Part shown: piece after piece, positions 37,901 to 52,900 of the stretch
Layout: every line of letters begins with the position of its first letter
How positions within the stretch are numbered: position 1 is the stretch's first letter
Assembly: GCA_963924565.1 (NCBI GenBank)
Contig: OZ004609.1
Coordinates: 32,984,001-33,048,000 of the forward strand
From: Ascidiella aspersa
Taxonomy: Eukaryota
Reading direction: 5' to 3'
DNA length: 64,000 nucleotides
The notes under the pieces: model-generated
What the model was told of the DNA's origin: nothing
The model's database searches: none
The model's input: the letters and a program-made list of their open reading frames with translations, nothing else
Made by a program: the position numbers and the translations under genes

Positions 37901-40900
37901 TTAACAAAGCCAAAAATTGAATTAAAAACATAGCTCCCAGCGCTATCTAAAAACTTTAGATTACATCCCGATTTAATTATGTTAAACACGAGTGACACGT
38001 CTACCACACGTTAACAACCATTGCATCAAGGCACTTCTGTGTTTGTTCCATGTCATAGAACAGTGGTTCTTAAGCCTTGTAAACCCCACACGCCTTCCCA
38101 AGGGGAGCGCGCCCCCAGTTTAAGAACCATTGTCATTGAACGTCAACTGCTTGTGATTTGTCCAGTGCACTCCCGCTGAGAAGAAACGCTTAAAGAGGTG
38201 CCAGGAAGCAAAGAAGCGACCATCCACCACCAAACCAAAGAGGAAAAAACCTACAGTGAACGTTTCGCAGTTTAAGGTGGACGGTTCTTGTGTTAAAATA
38301 AATACACAAATATCGTAATATACATATTGTACAATACCTTCATTACAAATATGTTGTGTTTCAATTTAAGTATAATGTGTTTCGGTCAAGTTATAAAAGC
38401 AATTATCACCCCGAACCACAAACGAAAAAATGAGGTCCGGTAAAAGTAAATTTTAAGATTTTTTAACCTTAACCTCTTTTCAACCGTTCCGCCTTCCTGC
38501 TGCCAATAGTCGAACAACTTAATCCTAATACTTCAAGAAAACAGTTACATGATATTTCGGGTACAGCGAATGTACACTAAATGGTCTCCATCAAATGGGT
38601 TAACATAAAATAAGTCTGACCGCGGTTATTTTTCTAAAATGTTAAAAAATCTTCCAAAATTTAAATAAGTTAGAAATCGGAGTGATTTAGCATTAACATT
38701 AACAACATGCTGTTTTTCCCGATGTTAACCTCGCGATATTATATTTTTACAGGAAACTATTTACGCGTGAAACCAAAATTAAACGTCGCGAATTACACTA
38801 ATGCCATTTCACGCAGATGATGCGGACTGCAGCCAAGACGCTCCTCAAAGACAAGAACCTGACGCAGCTGACAACCGCCGATGTTGAGGATGTGGCGTCT
38901 GCACTTGGAGGCCTTAAACCGAGGGAAATCAAAGAAATACCCGATTCAGCTATTCTCAGCGCCATGTCCACCATAAAAACCAACAAAAATCTAAGCAGGA
39001 AGCAGGTAAATATAGATTCTGTACCTTACTGTTTTTTTCGCAACTTTTCTTCGATATTTGAGGTATATTTTATTTCGATATCCACAGACAGCCTAAACCA
39101 GTGGTTCTTAACCTTACATGCCTCGTGGCCCCCTTCGAAAGGCTTTTAATCCTCGTGCCCCCCCTCGATTTAAAAATAAACTTAAAAGTTGTGTTTAACG
39201 TGTTTTCACTTGTTTTATTCTAACACGTTAATAAAAACACACTTCGATTTGAATGAAAGCCGATAAAAAAATACACTTAAAATCCAAAATTAAGTAACGT
39301 CTGGTCGAATCGCATTATTTTGGCAGAAATAACATTGGTATCGTCATTCTTTCTTCGGGGATGCTTTTTTAGTTTTGAGGGTGGTAATGACACATTTGAC
39401 ATCACAACCGAGCAGTGCAGACACTTCGCACAATTATGGCTGTTTTGTCTAACTTTTGTGAAGCCAAAAGTGACGTAACTCTCGCAGTTTTCGACATTTG
39501 ATAAAAACCTTGTTTAAGCTTCGTGTAAAAACGTATTTTGAATAGTAAACTTCTTTGAAAGTATTTTCTAATCAACTATCCTTCGCTCTGTAAAGCTTGC
39601 TTTGACTACTTAACCCAATTAATTTTACCACAACATTTAATCAATGGAACAACAACAATCATTTTGTGAAAAAAAATGTTCAACTGCTTGTATTAGTTTT
39701 ACTCTTATTCCAACTTGCGGTTTACAAACCCATAAAATGCTGGTTAAACGTTGCAAAGACAAACTGAGTAAACAGGAAAAACACAAATGTTGGATGTATG
39801 TGACGTAACAATGATTGGCAACTAGGCGAGCAGATAAAAAATTGCAAGCTTGACGTCGAGTGTTGCAAAACTTTTTACGAATAGCCAATAGTAACGTGTA
39901 AGAAAAAATCCGTTACAATAGTTCAAAGAAGATTTAACACTACAAGTTTGAGTTTAACTAAATAAATTCAAAATAGTGACACGGGTCGCAATACCAAGAC
40001 ATTGCAGACTTATGCTCGTGGCCCCCCGATGACAGCTCCGTGCCCCCGATGACAGCTCCGTGGGGGCCGAGGGCTACGGTTGACTTTGGAATCACTATAT
40101 ACGGATCTGTTCAAAAGTTTAATGGTGAAAATAACGCAGGTCGCTTACACCTCGGTTCTGCGCACCTTTTTATCTATCGTTTTTTGCGACGCTTGTTTCG
40201 CACCTTTTTATCATTCCTTTGTGCGACTAAAGTGTATATAAACAGGTGTAACTGATGTGGCCTTTATTTCACTGATACGTGGAATTGGACAAAATTATCA
40301 ACAGAACCTTTTTATTAAGGCACCGTGTTTATCTTAATTTACCGTCATTGAAAATAACCTGTCCAACATAGCCTTTCAAACATAATATCATTTGATAAAG
40401 AATTTGAGTCGGAGTTTGGCCTACCCAAATATAGGCAACCAATCTAAATGCTTAGCAATTCTGCAAGGGACATTACTCTGAACAAAAAATATTTTTCTCT
40501 TTATAGAAACGGTTGATGCTAAAAAAGGCGCGCTCTGCTGGCTTGGAGATCACGAACCAAACAAAACTGGCCGATATTGGCGAACTGGTGACTGCTGTGG
40601 GCGCCAAAGAATTAAGACAAATCCCAGCGAAAGAAATACTGAGCAACATCAAAGTAATGACTGACCACGCGGACTCTTTCTCTGGACCCCAACGAAAATC
40701 TATTATCCGAAAGGTAAGGACCCTTTCACAAGTTGAACGATTGTATTAAAATTATTTTGCGTAGCTTGTTGTGGCTTGTTTTTATATTTTGGTTTGGTTT
40801 CAAACTATTTTTATGATAAGGGCTGTCATGAAACACTTTTATGAATAAAAAAACATATTTCTTTCGATATGGACATTGTTGGTTACGCCTATACAACAAC

Positions 40901-43900
40901 CCTTTAACTATAGGCTCAAATTACTTCCTTTACCACTCAATTAGCATATTTGTGGTTTATTTTTCGTTCAAGAAAATAAGTCTAAATTAATGAAATAAAG
41001 AATTGTACGAAACAAACGTGTTGCGCTGACTTTATATATTTCATGTATTTTGCTCATTAGTACATTAAAAGACCTGTTCCGTTTCTTAAGTTAACCGTAT
41101 TTTTTCAGTTGCAAGAGTTGGACGTTAACGAGATGATGGGGAAAGACCTTGGCGTGTTTGCCGCCGAAATTCCGCTCAGGAAAATAAAGGAACTTAAAAC
41201 GGTTAATTTCACGATGTTGAAGGATAAGCCATGGAATCGTGGCCAGGTATGTCACCGCTAAAAAATAAAAGGGTGATGTGTGTACGGGACGATAAATCAA
41301 AATCACAAATCCAAATTTACAATTGGCGCGAAATCAGGAAAGTATGGTTTAAAATAATTAAAGCCAAGTTGTAATTTGTTTGACAGCTTACAACTTGGGG
41401 ATGTTTTTTTGCTTCATCTAATGTTATTTTGATACCAAATCAAGGATTTTTAAGTACAAATATTGCAGTTTTATAATAGTACGAAAATGTCAAAGTGTTA
41501 ACCGAGAGGTTAATAGATTTTTGTTTCACAAAGTCAGGTAACTTTAAGATTACTGACAAAGTATCTTTGTTTCTCTAGGCTGCAAAACTGATTGAACTTG
41601 CCAATATCACAAAGGATTATGACCTCGATGCGGTTAAAGTCAGGTGAAATGACGTTATACATTGGTCCAAATGTTTTCCAAAGTGTGATTACCCCTCATG
41701 TTTTTTTTTAAAATTTTCTGTATTACAACTATTCTTTAATTAAAGTTGTTAGCTTATAAAGGCCGAACTCCTGACCTCTGATTAGATCCATTTTTTCCTG
41801 ATTACCTGTAATACACTGCTATTATGTTTAAAAGCTGTCGTGAAAAAAATTGCAGCTCAAGTTGCTATAAACGCTTTAAGATGCCCTTTTTTAGTCCTTC
41901 GCTCTCGATTTTTAGTTTAATTATTTCATGCCGGACCCCTTTTTGCTTGTTCAATGATCCACTAACCTATTATGAAAACAAGAAATAAGAAAAATTTTTT
42001 GTGAATTGTAAAATCACGACAAAAAGTTTGATGACATGTGTGAACTGGCTTATTAATTCATTCCTCCAACTTAGTACACCGAAAGCCATTGCAGACTAAT
42101 CACATCTGTCGATCAATGATGCAAGCAGGGCAGGCTGTAAAACAACTAGCCTGCAGTGAGGTTCGAACTCACGACCTCCGGTCAAGCCGGGACCGTCGCT
42201 CTACCAACTGAGCTATGCAGGCTCAGAGAGAAGGGAGTCGAGAAACAGCCATACGCCAATGCTTGCTCAATCTGTTAGTACAAGCAATTCAATTGAAGGG
42301 GATCCACAGTACCATATCATTTATTTCCTTCAACTTGTGATAGTTTTGTAAGGCAAACATAGTTTATTATGCGGCCATAGAGAACTACTTTACGAACCCC
42401 AAATGTTCGGCGGATCCCGCTATAAGACCCACTGTTTTCGTGTACAATATTGGCAAACTCGATTTGTTGAACGCAAAAACAAACATAACACTCGCTGTTT
42501 CAGAGAACTGGGCAGAACCGTGGTTGGTTTAAAATGTGGCCACATCAAGAAAGTTCCAAACGACGAAGTCTTATCGGTCGCTGTGGCGATACACGACTCC
42601 ACTGACATGTCGTTTGATATGGTAAGATTTCTGATGGATAGTTAGTTTCATGAATAAGCTTAGTAGGGTTTACACAGCTATGGTACCCAGCTGTCTGCCT
42701 TTAATAATGTTTTTTGCAGATTTCAAAATACCATAAAACAAGTTTTACTTAAAATTACACTTGTACGTTTTAGGCCAAGTCATCGATCATAAGACTTGCT
42801 TCGACTTTTTAAATTCTTTTTAATGCCAAAAACGCACCAAATGATTGTTGGTTAAAATTTTCAAGTTTTACTTAAATGCATATATGGCTATCCGATTCAA
42901 TACCAACGTTATTACTTATCTCAGATAAGCAAACTAGACGAAACTCAAACGTTCAAAGGGTATTTACTTCAGCCCAATACGCCAAAATGTACTTTAGTAT
43001 TCAAAAGTTTATATCCAGTTGTAAACTAACTATGTATTAATAAATATAGGAGAAACCTCTGAGTTGGGTCACATACCAGAGTTTAATTTTTTATATTAGT
43101 TTGGTATCGGATAGTCACCGACGCCACCCTATTATCGGACGAGTGCCGATAATACAACTTCACACCGAGCATTGGCTCCGATCTGATATTATCGGACATC
43201 CCTAGCAATCGTTAGTATTTAACTTAGTGTCGGCCCAACAGTGTCAGACATCCAAGTTTACAGATCGATATTAATATTTATTTATTCCTTCATTGGAAAT
43301 CTATTTTAATGCCCCTGTACTGTCACTCAGGACGAATGCGTAGCGCTAAAACTTGAAAAAGCCAATATAGAGGAACTGGGGACTGATTACCTCAAGAACA
43401 CGAGCAACCCCGATCTACCCGATACAATTGGAAGCATACCGAGTGACGTGGCACTCTTTTCCAAGTAAGTTTGGTGCGATTCTAATGTCATTGCGTATCC
43501 TTGAAATATTACTTTAAAACAACATTTTTTTAGTAAAATGCGTTGTTGGTTTGTTGTAACATAAATTTATATTTCTATCCTCCTTGCTGTTAGTAGAATT
43601 GCAGGTCAACTTCAGTTTGTTTACCCTTTATATACGTCATTAACTCGACTTGGTTTTGTACGCAAAAACAAACATATTTTTTGGCAAATTGGCAGACCCG
43701 GTGTGTAAATCACTTTAAACCCACCACGCATAGTTTTATCCTTAAATCTATTTAAGGATGGTGTTATTATTGGTTCCCAAATAAATATAAATCGTATTTA
43801 AAAAAAACTGCAACACGAGAGCACTTGTGACATAGTGCGTTTGCTATTTTGTTTTAGTTCCCCATGATGGGAAATTTGCACACCGATTATCTTTTAAATT

Positions 43901-46900
43901 AGTTTATTGTATTGTTTTTCTAAGCGGTTTATTCGTTTAAAATGCCGCATTTTGACTTGCTGATTTTCCTGTCGTCATCGTTTTGTACTTTTTTAAATAG
44001 GCAATATGCATTCTTTCCAAACTACAGTGAATCTTTTATGTAGTCGTTAAGCAAGCTTAAGTAGATAGACCGATATATCAGTTTACCGGTTATTTTGGCC
44101 GATATTTTACTATGAAGATATCATATACAATATATAGCTTTTCCGCATAAACAAACTTATTTTCTAGATTTTGAACTTACAAATATTTCCTTTTGTTTCT
44201 TTTTCATAAGGGTTGTATAATTAAACAGGTAGACAAAATAAATGTTTTCGCATTTGATTTTCAAATAATTTAAATTATTACCATATCCCAGGTATATAAA
44301 AACTTGGTATACAGTATCGGTAACGGGAATCGGTTGACAAAAAACATGAAAAAATCGGTGTTTGGTATCAGTCCAAAAAAGTGATATCGGTCGGTCTCTA
44401 CTTGTTAGAGGAAAAAACTGTTTGTTATTGCAAAATAGTTCCCTTTCCGAACATTTCTCTTCGTGTTTAGACTTGAGATGATTGACGATACGTCACCTGA
44501 AGTATGCTCGAGGTTGGTTGAACAAATCGGCCGGGCTGACCTCGACTCTCTGCCAACTGTTGGGAATGTATCGAGGGGAAAGCAATTCGCCGAATCCTCT
44601 GTCATCTGCCTGGTATACAATTATACTTCTTTCATTTTTTTCAAATGGGCGTCGACTAAATTGTTTTGATTGGGTTTTCATTCAAAACATTGTCCACTAA
44701 TCTAAACCTAAGTTGTTCAGCATTAGCCTTATTACAAAATTTGTGCACTTTTTTGTTTTGTTCTTTCATGGAACCTTAACCTTTTATGCGTTGTGGTTTA
44801 AAGACAGATGCAAATCTGTTTACCTTGCTGTTAGAATTTTTAAAGCGTTACTTCAGTGTTACACGATATTTTAAGCCTGGGTGTAAACGTTTTTAAACTC
44901 CCTAAAAATGGCCTGTAGTTGAGAGTTATTAGTTTCACTAAAGTACATTCTGGTGAGCGAATGCTGTGTATTACAAATGCTCTGGTGTGTAGTAGAATTT
45001 ATATTCGACTTTCAGATTTCAGTCTACGATATAATATATAGCTGTAGTTAGTTAATTCAAAGCGTGTTCTTTTGCAAAACATGCATCAAATAATTTCTAA
45101 ATTTACATTGTCGCTTTTATTCATTCAAATTATCACACCCATGAGCAAACCACACGCTTGTTTCCTTCAGATGCGCTCGGAAAACCGCACAGGCGGTGAC
45201 GGCTTGTCTGAGGAGGAAGTCTTCAAGTTGGGCGACATGTTGTGCTACATTCCGCCCGATCAAATTACAAAAATACAGGACAACGCAACCGAAAGTGCCT
45301 TGGAAAAACTAAAGTCCTGCATTCCAAGGTTTGGAAAGTAGCAAACCGAATTCCCTGCATATTTAACGAAACAGTTACCATATGAGCTTCTTTCGTGGCA
45401 CGGTACTGTTTATTTTCTCTTAGGATATTTAAAATCAGAATTCACGTTTAATTATAATGTTTATTGGGTCCCATAAAATGATTTCGGGTAACAATGTTTT
45501 TTATGCGGTGTTATTATTTAAAATGATACTTTTTGAATTTTAAACTTAATTTTTTGTTGTTCTGTTTTATCTACTTTCCTGCAAGCGTTTTGTAACGGTA
45601 TTAGGAGAACTCTTTGTAAAAACACTCAAATTCACAACGTACCAAGTCTTCAATTTCAGACATTTGCTATTTTTAGAAGAGTTTTCACTATTAAAACAAA
45701 CTTTTTTAATTTATTAAAAAAAAAGGCGAATTAGTAAAATTCAACGCCTCGATTTGCGTTTTGATACCTTGTAATTTTCACAGAAATCTGGGGTAAATTA
45801 ACATTTCCTATCGCAAATACGGTTCAAAACCAACTTTTTTTCTTTTTTTTTAAATAGTTGTTATTCGACGGTGGAAAGTCGCAAGGTAACTGTTCAACTT
45901 ACTCCTCTTTGTGTACACCCACTTAGTACTGGTTAACGACACCGTATCCATATTAATAAAGTGATCGACTGTTTATCTTTTGTATTGTCATCCAAGCAAT
46001 GCCATCAAGCATGCAGCAAACATGTTTTAAATTTGACCAAATCTGTGCAGATTTTCACGCGACCAGGTGTTGCCGGTGGTGGAGATGGTTTACAAGCAGC
46101 TTGGAGCTGACATTTCAACTTGGACCGTGGAAGGACTGGCACAAGTCGGACCCGTCATCGCATTGCTGGAAAAAAGCGAAATCGAAAAGATTGACGGTGT
46201 AGGTTTCTGTTTTCGTTGTTGTGTCATTCGCTGTCGATATTGCAACGGTTTTCTTTGGTTTTGAGTTCGTCAGGTGCATCGTTAATATCGAAATTTAAGT
46301 TTATATAAGTTGTGACAGCATTTTGTCACATTTCCTTCACAACATGATATTTAAGCAATAGTATGTCTATTTAGACGCAGAATAAGATGTTTAAAATGGA
46401 TTAAGAATTAAGATGTCTTGAAAATGTGCTACCAATACCTCTGTATGGGCTTTATTTCCGTCTAACTAAAACATCCAGCCATTATGCTCCCAATTGTGTA
46501 TTTATACTAAGGCTCAAGACGGGTCTTTTTACTGAAGCACACTGCCGAAGGTGTATTTGACCTACCTCGGTTTTGGAAAAATCTAAAGTGTAGTACAATG
46601 TTTACCTTTAGAATTACTTTTTTATGCTCTAAAATGTTTGTTAATTTTCTGGTATAGATATGACCTAACAAATCGCTACTTTTGGCCGTATTTTTAGTTT
46701 TGCGCTATACGCTGCATCAATATAAATGCGATGTTCGCTCTTGCGCCTAGTTATATTTACAAGTTTATTCCAAAACCGATACAAGATATTTTGGACGAAA
46801 AGTTTTGCGATCCGATACATAATGAGGTCATTACCATGCTTATAAAAGCAAAATCGATGAAATGAAAAACTTTAAAAAAGTTGAGCTACTTCCAAATATT

Positions 46901-49900
46901 TATGTATTACTGTTTTATAGCTGGGGTCGGCAACTTTTTGCTAGTCGCGGGTAGGGATGTTCAAAGTAGAATCCCAAGGTATTCTAGAATAGTAGGTTTC
47001 GAATCTAGAATAACGAATCCAGAATAGCGAATCCTAGTATATTTTTATTAAATTATTTAACCTCGATTTTGTTTGGGGAAGGGATTAATCTTAATCTACC
47101 CTATAGGGTAAACTGTAATATGTCAACTGTCCAGGTTGTTGCCAAAACTTATATTTTTGCCAATAGTGAGTACAATGCAACACTGCACACAGAAGTCTTA
47201 AGCAATTCGGTCCTGTTTTTCAAGCATTGTTGGGTCTTAGGGCTTATTTTTTTACTTTAACGTGATCTGTTATGCAGTCAAATATAACGAATTCTTGACA
47301 ATTACGCTGCACATAACTGCATAACCTCGCTGAATATTGGTCTAAAGTTGACCTTAAGTAACCCTATAGCGCATTTTGTGGACGGCCAGCACGTTTTACA
47401 ACTTAACGCATCTAGGGAAATTGCGAACTCCACACCAGACATTACACGTTGATCGCTCGCCCAATAACGCTTGATTGACACTTAATTATTAGACGAACGT
47501 TATCGCGAGACGCGGTAATTGGTCGCCCGAAAAAACGCTGACACTGCACTACCAGGTTACATTTAAAGCAAGCACTGTAAATTGGTCGCCGCAGCAACAG
47601 GCCAACTTACCACACGCGTTTGTACAATTAGGCGCAACAATCGGCGGTAAAACATTAAATTATATCGGTTCCAATTACCCGAAATAAACGGCAGAATTGG
47701 ATTCGGTATTCTACTTTGAACATCCCTAGTCGCGGGCCAAAACCAAACTTAAAAGATCTTTGCAGGCCTCACAAAATGTTAACTAATACTTGTTTTATTA
47801 ACATGTTAGCACAGTGAAATCAGGCGGGTAGACAAATCGGAGAACGTAGAATAATCATTCGCGCGAGGCGCGAAAATTTTTCGCACTTACGTAGTTAAAA
47901 TAGTCAAAAAGTATAAGAAATGGACTAGTGTCTAATTTGTTAAAGATCCGCGGGCCGTAGGTTGCCGACCCCTGTTTTATAGCATCACCTTTTAAGGTGG
48001 AAACCACTGCGTTCAATCGAAAATCATGGCTGAATTTTTTACGTAAATTTGGTATCGGACAGGCACGATACCACCCAAATGTCGGACGTATCGGGTATCG
48101 GCTACGTCCCGATATTACAACCCTGCGAATAACAGTTAAAACTCTTTTTATTTTTTCAGGATACATTTTTGGAGGCGATCGATGACATCATACCCCCGAC
48201 TGAGGTCAGTTCAAGAGATGTCGTCAACTCTGCAGCTTTTTATCAGAAAGCAATCGAGGTTCTATCAACTCCTACTGCTGAGAATAGAAGAAAGAGGAGA
48301 GAGACAGGTACACCATAAAGTTGTGTGCTTCGCTTGACAGAAAACAGTCTCGAAGCTTTTTCACGTTGGCGCCAATAAAAGATAATGCAACTATGATGCC
48401 TATGTAATAAAACACACGGCGGTAAAGACTTTTTTCCTAAAATCGATTCACCAAAACTTACTAGTTCGTGTATCATCTAAAAATATTTTTTAAATCCTTT
48501 CGCCCAAATCTTGTTGATTATAAAAAACAAAGACGCAGATATGCAAATCTTATTCCTTAATGCACTATTGTCCAGGCGAGACCGTGCCCGATTTCGACCA
48601 GATAACGGCTCTTGGAGATGGCAACGTGAACTGGACGCCCGAGCAACTGAGCTCCATTTCCGACGAGGACTTCGCCAACTCACTTCCCGTGCTAGGAGCG
48701 ATCGAGAACTGGAGCGACGAGGCAACTGTAGCGCTCTACGATCACATGATTCAGGTGAAAGAGTGTTTATATTTAAGGGCGTACATATTTTTTTCTGTAT
48801 TTTTAACTTTAACAAGATCACGCGATTTTTGGGCCGATCGCATGATAATCTATTAAAATATCAATTTATTGTATCACCAGGGACACATAATAATTTATAA
48901 ACCTTTGTCTGTTATTACATTATGTTTATACGAGGTACAATCGCATAATTAGGATGAAACGTCAATTATTATCAGAGAAGGTCGTGTAATTTGGGATCTG
49001 CTTGGATTTTTTTGTCTAAAATCTGTCCCAATCACATAACAATAGTGAACACATAATCACATTGCTTAAGTCTGTTACATTCATAACATTTAGGCAAAAG
49101 TTACATTTCGATAATCAAACCTTTTCATTTATAGACGTTCGATGAGCCGGCCAAATGGGAGGCAGAAGTTATCTCCGAAGCCAAACACATTCTCGTCAAC
49201 ATGTCGTTCACCGACATCCTCAAATTGAATCTTACAGACCCAGATGCTGTTTCATCATTGTCGGAAATACCTTTCGACCATATTCAGGTTGAGACTATAG
49301 GGCTGTTACAACCAAACCGAACGTCTTCGGTTTTATTAACTTTTTAGTATCGATTTTATCTGGAAGAACTTAAAGAAACTTATTCACTCCCTTGACAAAA
49401 TATGACCTGCAATTGTATATTCATCAAAAACTACACGAATGACAGATTAATTTACATTCAAGCGCTGATACTAAGTTATTGCCTACTAAGTCAAGGTTAA
49501 CTTGTTTTAGAGAATCTTTTAAGTCGCCCAAGCGGTTTATTAGAATCTGTAAAAAAAACTGCAAGAATTAGTCCAAAATCAACAAAAAAATGAAATAAAT
49601 TTTGCTTTTATTTTTATTTAATGTTCGTAAATTTCAATGTCCAACATTTTTTATTAAAATTTCAACCTTTCAGAGGGGCACTGTGTCGGCCGGCTACATG
49701 ATCCAGAACTCGAAAACAATGTGGTCACTGACGAGCGATGACGTCACTGCGCTTGGTGACATCATGTGCGGGTCTTCCGCCTTGCAACTCGCCTCCCTTG
49801 GAAAAGACGTCGTGAGGTTGCTAACAAGTTATTCGTCCGAGCGGCTACGAACTAAGTTTAAGTGACCACATGATGCCACCGTAAACTATTACTGTGACCA

Positions 49901-52900
49901 ATGGGCCTAATTAGAATTTTCGTGCAAGCAAGGCCAGGCTAAAAAAACAACTAGTCCGCTTTGAGTTTCAAACTCACGGCCTTCGGTTAAACCGGGACCT
50001 TCGCTAGATCGACTGAGCTTCGCAGGCTCAGAGGAGGGGAGCTGGTCGAGAAACGTCCATAGCACCGTTTCCTGCTGCATCCTGTTCGTACATAGGCCTA
50101 CAAGATCAACAACCCGAATCAGCATCTGAAACATCCGTTCAAACAATGTGATCACATATTATACACATTGTGTGTATAAATGTTTCATGTTTTAAAGGGA
50201 TTTAGTGGAATGTGCCCGCCCAATGCCCATGCAAAGACCACAAAGATTGTTCGCTTTCATCACCGATGAATTTAAACTGTAACGTTTGCATTACTTACAT
50301 TTCATGCTTAAATTAATAGAGATGTCTTGGCAAGGTTGGGCACATAGGGTGGGGGATTTCGTGGCCATGCCCCCCAAAAAAACTTATTTTTTGCGTTTTT
50401 GAGTTGCGTAACTGTAAAAATATTGTCGTAGGGCATTTTTATAAATTCTTTTTAGTTCATAAGGCGTCGTGCGTCTCATCGCACCCTGCAAAATGAAAGT
50501 TTCCGCAACTTAAACAACAGAAAGCCGTGTTTTCGCTTGACCCGAATCGATAACATCTATGTAGTATAGCTTTTGTATAGATAATTCTTACCAAAAACTG
50601 TAACAAAATAACCGAAGTGTGTCGGGTTCTTAAGGTTACTTCTTTATGGCGTCTCGTTTTGATGTAACATTTCTAACTTTCAGTTTTACGTCACTTGTAA
50701 CGTCAAGATATGACGGCGTAAAATACCTGGTATTGAGTATCCTAGATAGCTTGGTATAACACCTGCGCTTACCGCTTTGCATCGTTTAGCGAGTCGATGG
50801 CTGAGCTTGGATATTCGGAGTGCTTTAACCAAGCGCAGAGCGACGTTCTTTACTCCATCGTTATGATGTCGAACGACATGGAGATACCAGACGCATCGCT
50901 TCTGCAGGAGATGGGCTCTCTCGCAGGTCGAAGAATGTTTAAACGCTATATAGGGCTGTGGATTGTTTAACGGAGGCAAAGGCCAGCGAATTAAGACTCA
51001 TTTTACACGTAGCGGTATGCATTTGATAAAGGTTATAGCTAAGCGTAGAAAAGTAACGATTTTGGGGTTACCTAGGAAAAATACGGTATTTGGTGAGAAT
51101 CGAACTCAGACATGACTAAAACCGGTAAGTTGTTGTGCAAGTTGAAAACGACGAATGGCACCGCTGCACTCGATAATGTTGAAGCCATCAATTCGAGTCT
51201 ATCAACAGCCGGGGTAATTGCCGGAGGCGCTTCATTGACAATTTATTTTATTTGAAAACTATATGATAGACATATTATTAGGATTAAGATGTGTGCTTTT
51301 GCCGGGCTATTTCTTGAATATCTTACTGTTATTAAAAATATTATTAAACTTTTACTTTTTAGCTGGCCTTGCTGTATCAGAGCTGCTCAAGGTGCCAGTG
51401 GAGTCGATGCCTTTCATAAAAGAAATTGTCTTCAAAAAAATCGACCCAGTTCGAATAAGGGTAACAGTGCAATTTTCTAAACTTTAAATACACAAAAGAC
51501 GCGCATGCACATTGACATTGTATTTATGGAAGACTTTACTACTGTGTAGTGTAGAGGCGTAAGGTTATCTGTAAATGGGATAAACCTTGAAACGATGAAC
51601 AATTGTACATAAAAATATTTACCGATAAAAATTGTCGTTTAGTAATAAATTTTGTATAGATTGCATTCCACGTACATTTTCGATAACAAACTATCTTAAT
51701 AAACGTATTTTACGTCGTAAAAAATAGCAGTTTCGGATCTGGCCATCGTTCCGCAGTTTGTTGACCACTGCTCTCAAACATTTCGGTCACTTTCTCTCTT
51801 TCATTCTTTTTAGGACGGTCTGTCGGTTGAGCAACTTAAGAACGCAGGCGTCACAAACATCGCTGCCATTTTGAACAACCCTGATCTGTACCCCATGCTG
51901 AGACGCAACCAGCAAATCGGCTTACAGATGGAAGCATACGGCGAGATTAAAAGTATACGTTTATCTTTATTTACATGTTTGTTACTGCAGTGTGACTGTG
52001 TGGCGACTCCATCAAATTTTAATGGTTAATTGTAGAACGAAACTTTTTACATCTTTATAATCACTTGAGGTGTACTCTGGGCAGCTGGCCTTGTAGAAGT
52101 TGTGCGCTTTTCGACTCGTATTTGTCATAGTTTTTAAGTTTCTTAAATGCGAAAAGCATTACTGTACCTAACCGCTCTTTTTTTATTTATCAGAAACGAA
52201 ATACAAAAATCCCTGTCCATATGGTTTATTTAAACAACATGAGCTTAATGCCTAAACAGCAACGAAAGAACTTTATAAGAAAATCATTTTTTACCCGTTT
52301 CAAATCCCTTCACTTCACCTAAGAAGCCACTTAAGAATTAACAACCTTTCCGTAGGCATATAGCGATCAAACGGCGAGTAATAAGTTTATATACTTTTAT
52401 TGCAGTGCCACTTGCAGAGTTGCCCACAGTCGCAAAAGATGATGATTACGTCGACGGAATTGATGTTCAATTAGACAGTAGGTTTCTTATTACATATGTG
52501 TGTAGTTCGTCGCGGTAAGCCGCGAATCTTCACGAATAGTTTTGTGTTTACCTACTGATTTTGTATTCGGGTTATAGTTTTCAAACAAAGTCTTAGGACC
52601 GTTGTTCCGCGGTTCAAACAAAAAATCAAACGTAACGATTTTATGTCTTTCTTTTTTTTTCTAGGTACATAAAATAGATATATTTAAGTATTTGTACTTA
52701 ACTCGTTATAAAGTAAATTTTTTGAAAATTAAAAATCATGGGAAACAGTTTGAGTTGACAAGGTATGACCAAAGTTAAGGCCAATTTTGAGCACTATTAC
52801 ATCGCTATTTCGTTGCTAAAAAAAAATTTTAGGGTGTTTACCAAAATCCAACTTTAACTTCAGACACCTAACATATAACAGCTGAAGCTCCGACCAAAAG

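Noticed and set aside
42149-42222. Functional tRNA-Ala(GGC) gene
   Set aside because: No U33, extra bases around the anticodon stem, an anticodon unusual for eukaryotes, and a decayed second copy with shared flanks; treated as a repeat.
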